In this document: positions 43,790 to 46,013 of the stretch, in pieces
Numbering within the stretch: the stretch's first letter is position 1
Layout: every line of letters starts with the position of its first letter
From: Dimargaris cristalligena
Lineage: Eukaryota
Assembly (NCBI GenBank): GCA_003614675.1
Contig: ML002297.1
Coordinates: forward strand, 1-46,013
Direction: 5' to 3'
DNA length: 46,013 nucleotides
The notes under the pieces: model-generated
Databases searched by the model: none
Told to the model about the DNA's origin: nothing
The model's input: only the letters and a program-made list of their open reading frames with translations
Made by a program: the position numbers and the translations under genes

Positions 43790-46013
43790 TATTAATTGGT
43801 TTTGGTATTTGGATCCTTTGCTATTTGTCATTGAAGAAATTATTTTAACCATATATATCATATTCTGCACTGGTCATACTAGGAGGAATGCTATGGTATA
43901 ATTGTGTCTGGATGGCAAGTACAGCCAATACTTTCAAGCCCCAAAGAGTAGCCTTGACTACAATTGCTTGTTATTGCAACCAGGGGAGGCATCCACCACT
44001 CATGGGTGAGAGGTCAATCCTCCCCACAGTACATGGTACTCAAGTGAGGAGGAACCAAGGAACCATGCTGTGACTCATCTATCCCCCACCATGGATGAAG
44101 ATGGCCCCACCCCAATGGCACAAGAACCACACCTCATCCCAGAGGAATACTATAGGCCACCCCGAGTGGCAGACCAGGATCCCATGTATTTCAATATAAT
44201 AATTATTATCTACTACATTTTGTTTAGTTATTTGCCCTACTCGGCCTTTAGTAATTTATACCATTCTCTGGCCCCACTCAGCTTAATTAGTTACAATATT
44301 ATTACAGTCATATTGACCATCCTTAATAGGCACTGGGCTATCTAGCAGTAGATCCTTCTATATATATGGGATATACTGTACCAGCCAATAGGAATAGCCT
44401 ATGGGGTAACTATGGTACCCAGCCTACTGTACTGCCTTTGGTAAGGATGAGTTCCTCCTTTCAATCAAGCAGATTGATGAGCTAATGCCTCAACACCTCC
44501 TAGTACAACTGCACAATGTGTCCCCATCCCGACAAATTCCCCCATCACATAACTTGAACCTATTCAGGCCAACACTAAGCAGAGCACAAGCAATAACCAT
44601 TGTCACAGAAGACAAAACCGAACTAGAAGTATAAAATGATAAATTTAACCCAAAAGCAGAAAAAGATCATGTTTCAGTAAAATAATAATTTATAACCTTT
44701 ACTAATTTAGTTCTATTAGGAATCTCCCAGATTCCCCCTTTCCCTACTCAGAGCAAAGTGCTAAGTGGTAAATCCCCCAATCCAACTTAACCCCACCTCC
44801 TGTTACACTAGTAGCTCCTGAACTAAAGTGTTAACCCTAGTCCACTCCCTTGGCAGGGCAACCAACACAGCTGCATCCCTGTAGATCCCCAATCATCTCA
44901 CACCACTTGCCTTCATGGAGCTATTATCTGCTATCTTGTCAAGTGGAAGGATCCTACCTCACACACTAGAATATGTCAAGAGGTGTCAAAGCCTCCTTTG
45001 TCTCCCACTTATCTTCCTTAAGCCACATCACTATGAAGATCTCAGAGAATCCAAGGACCTTCTAACTACCAACAACTATTTTTTTTCTTCCAAGTAATTA
45101 TTGTGTGAAGCATTCCAAGTAGTCCAACCAGTTTTCCCTTTTTGAGGGTTTTATGGCCCCTAGTTTAATTTCTACCATCAAACTTCTTTAGTTATAGTTT
45201 AGATTAGTGGACTCTCCAAACCTATATATATATATATACCCCCACTTTTGGCCCTTAAAACAGCAAGTTATCTTCAAGATACATCAGAATATATATCTGT
45301 CCTTAACTTCACCCAGTGTTTTACCCAGTTTTAGCCAATGACTTCTAGCAGAAGTCTAGTTTTCTTTATTTCTTTATTCACTCTTTATTATTATTTTTTA
45401 GCTACCATGCCTTATCCATTCTGGGACCCAAACAACAAGAGCCCAGGATCTGTGCCCTCAGAAACATTTACACCTTATCTTGGTACAAACCCCAACAGCA
45501 GCTCCAATGGATTCAGGATAGCTGAAGGTCCATTTCCCAAATACCCCATGACCACTCCAGGTACTGGCCCCTCAAAACTGATGTCCAGCCACCCTCTTTT
45601 TTTAAATAAAGGCAAGGACATTAGCCTAACCCTCAGTCCTAAGATTAGAGCCCCTCAAAATACCAACCTAATACCTAGGTGTGGTAAACTTACCACATTT
45701 TTACCTACTTTTATTTTTTATCTATTTTTTGTACTTATCAGAAGTACACCCTTAACTATGATGCACCCCTGCCCCTGACTGGACTTTACCCCTGCATTCA
45801 CACTGTCCCTGGCCTGACTGCACCCCTGTTCAAAGAATAGCTAACAATAGCTTTCTCTTTTTCTTTTTATCCCTTCTATTGTTTCACATTGAATTTATTG
45901 GTTACATAATTATTACCTATCCTTTGTAATAACTAATATTATTATCTGGGAACTCCCCTCCCTTTCCCTCTGCTTAGTCATCCAATATTCTGAGACCTTC
46001 TCTCCCTTTCTCT
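43790..46013. mobile_element. CpG-depleted degenerate repeat / transposon-like relic, class not determined
   Basis: Only 4 CpG by my count in 43790-44620 and none in 44621-46013. Broken coding-like fragments and a chromodomain-like YLVKWK at 44932-44949. Confidence 0.5.
45223..45238. repeat. (TA)n microsatellite
   Basis: TATATATATATATATA. Confidence 0.85.

Noticed and set aside
1-46013. CRISPR arrays, tRNA/rRNA genes, prokaryotic operons or defence systems
   Set aside because: No regularly spaced repeats, cloverleaf or rRNA signatures were seen; the genes are eukaryotic and most are spliced.

Overview
Eukaryotic nuclear DNA with GT-AG spliceosomal introns and CTAAC-type branch sites. Gene content and style suggest an early-diverging fungus, possibly Zoopagomycota/Dimargaris-like (inference only). 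Left to right: first coding exon of Stu2/XMAP215 (-, not in the ORF track), intronless PPR protein (+), CAP/Srv2 (-), a ~2030-aa CENP-E-like kinesin-7 (-), Ski2 helicase (-), TBL1/Sif2 LisH-WD40 protein (-), Rsa3-domain protein (+), PP4 regulatory subunit PPP4R2/Psy4 (+), Nha1/Sod2 Na+/H+ antiporter (+), O-acetylhomoserine sulfhydrylase (+). These are followed by a secreted-protein pseudogene and a CpG-stripped repeat-like domain at the right end. All exon structures were assembled by hand; the complete multi-exon models close in frame. Most notable observations: (i) the kinesin-7 has an animal-CENP-E-like C-terminal CaaX box (CKQQ) and an RRxTW neck motif; (ii) a 98-nt G.U-containing foldback lies between SKI2 and the kinesin; (iii) an abrupt transition into a domain with no CpG over ~1.4 kb, next to a gene interrupted by three C>T-type stop codons, with a chromodomain-like relic; (iv) recurring telomere-like, forkhead and E-box motifs in promoters. 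No CRISPR array, rRNA or tRNA gene was found.
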